Assembly: GCA_028534125.1 (NCBI GenBank) | Contig: CM052816.1 | Span: 64,792,001 to 64,856,000 of the forward strand | Direction of reading: 5' to 3' | Source: Lama glama | Lineage: Eukaryota | Length of the DNA: 64,000 bases | In this document: positions 63,470-64,000 of the stretch, piece by piece | How positions within the stretch are numbered: the stretch's first letter is position 1 | Layout: the number at the start of each line of letters is the position of its first letter | The notes under the pieces: model-generated | What the model was told of the DNA's origin: nothing | Seen by the model: the letters and a program-made list of their open reading frames with translations, nothing else | Database searches by the model: none | Translations under genes and position numbers: made by a program

Positions 63470-63710
63470 ATAGCATGGTATTGAGGGAGTACACGCCCTA
63501 GTCTGGGTGGGCTCAAATGCCACTCTGCCACTGACTAGCTGTGTGATTTCAGCAAAGGATACAATCTCTTTAAGCTTCACTTTTCTTTATTTGTAAATGG
63601 GAATGATAGTTTTGTCTATTTCGTAGAGATTCTTGTAAAGGTTAAATGAGATACCATTACTGCTTAACCCATTATTAGATACATAACAAAATGCTTAATA
63701 AGTGTTAGCT
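63470..63710 (+). mobile_element. MIR SINE
   Basis: gggctcaaatgccactctgccactgactagctgtgtgattt...ttgtaaatgggaatgatag...gttaaatgagata...aataagtgttagct. Confidence 0.75.
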
Positions 63711-63711
63711 G

Positions 63712-63909
63712 TTTTTTCCCTTTTTTAGGGAGGGCATTATTAGGTTTATTTATTTATTTAGATAAAAATACCTTTTTCTTCCTTCCTTCCTTCCTTCTTA
63801 CCTTTCCTTCATGGAGGAACTGGAGATTGAACCCAGGACCTTGTGTACGCTAAGCCCAGGGCCTCGTGCATGCTAAGCACACATTCTACCACTGAGCTAT
63901 ACCCTCCCC
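63712..63909 (-). mobile_element. tRNA-Ala-derived SINE, camelid vic-1-like, with internal duplication and a (GGAA)n tract
   Basis: Reverse strand begins GGGGAGGGTATAGCTCAGTGGTAGAATGTGTGCTTAGCATGCACGAGG; B box GGTTCAATCTC; tail AAATAAACCTAATAATGCCCTCCC-polyA. Confidence 0.8.
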
Positions 63910-64000
63910 GCTAATGTTAGCTACTTTCATAATCATTATACATTAGGTTTATTGTTATAAATGTTAGCTGCTATTATTAGTTTTAAATTCTAAAGAAGGA

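Noticed and set aside
56805..64000. DEPDC1B exon 8 (expected to begin roughly LLQKEK...QICCLLLPPENRRKLQLL)
   Set aside because: Not found by eye in the remaining 7 kb. It presumably lies downstream of the window, so this is not evidence of gene truncation.
1..64000. Prokaryote-type systems (CRISPR arrays, operons, defence islands) or a novel multi-gene system
   Set aside because: The window is mammalian intron-rich DNA; no repeat-spacer arrays or dense ORF clusters were seen.

Overview
Mammalian genomic DNA, most likely from a camelid (alpaca, llama or camel). This is inferred from two tRNA-Ala-derived SINEs resembling the vic-1 family, and I saw no Alu or BovB/Bov-tA elements. The window holds about 9 kb of upstream sequence, the CpG-island promoter, and coding exons 1-7 of DEPDC1B on the + strand. 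The ATG is at 9646. The seven exons give 898 coding nt (299 codons + 1 nt), all with GT-AG junctions in consistent phase, and the gene continues past the window end inside intron 7. The rest is intron packed with transposon remnants: many short young L1 3' ends with target-site duplications (TSDs), an L1 retaining ORF1 but lacking ORF2, a Tigger2-family DNA transposon with a nested 5'-inverted L1, a two-LTR MaLR provirus, and MIR/L2/MER elements. There is one 500-N assembly gap. I found no convincing novel protein-coding system. The best unexplained signals are (i) three exact copies of a CTCF-type 14-mer in divergent arrangement in intron 2, (ii) a second CCAAT+CHR cell-cycle module in intron 1, (iii) the ORF1-only (HAL1-like) L1, and (iv) an inverted L1 pair able to form a hairpin just upstream of the exon 5 acceptor. 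Repeat family names come from recalled consensus sequences, and old-repeat boundaries are approximate.
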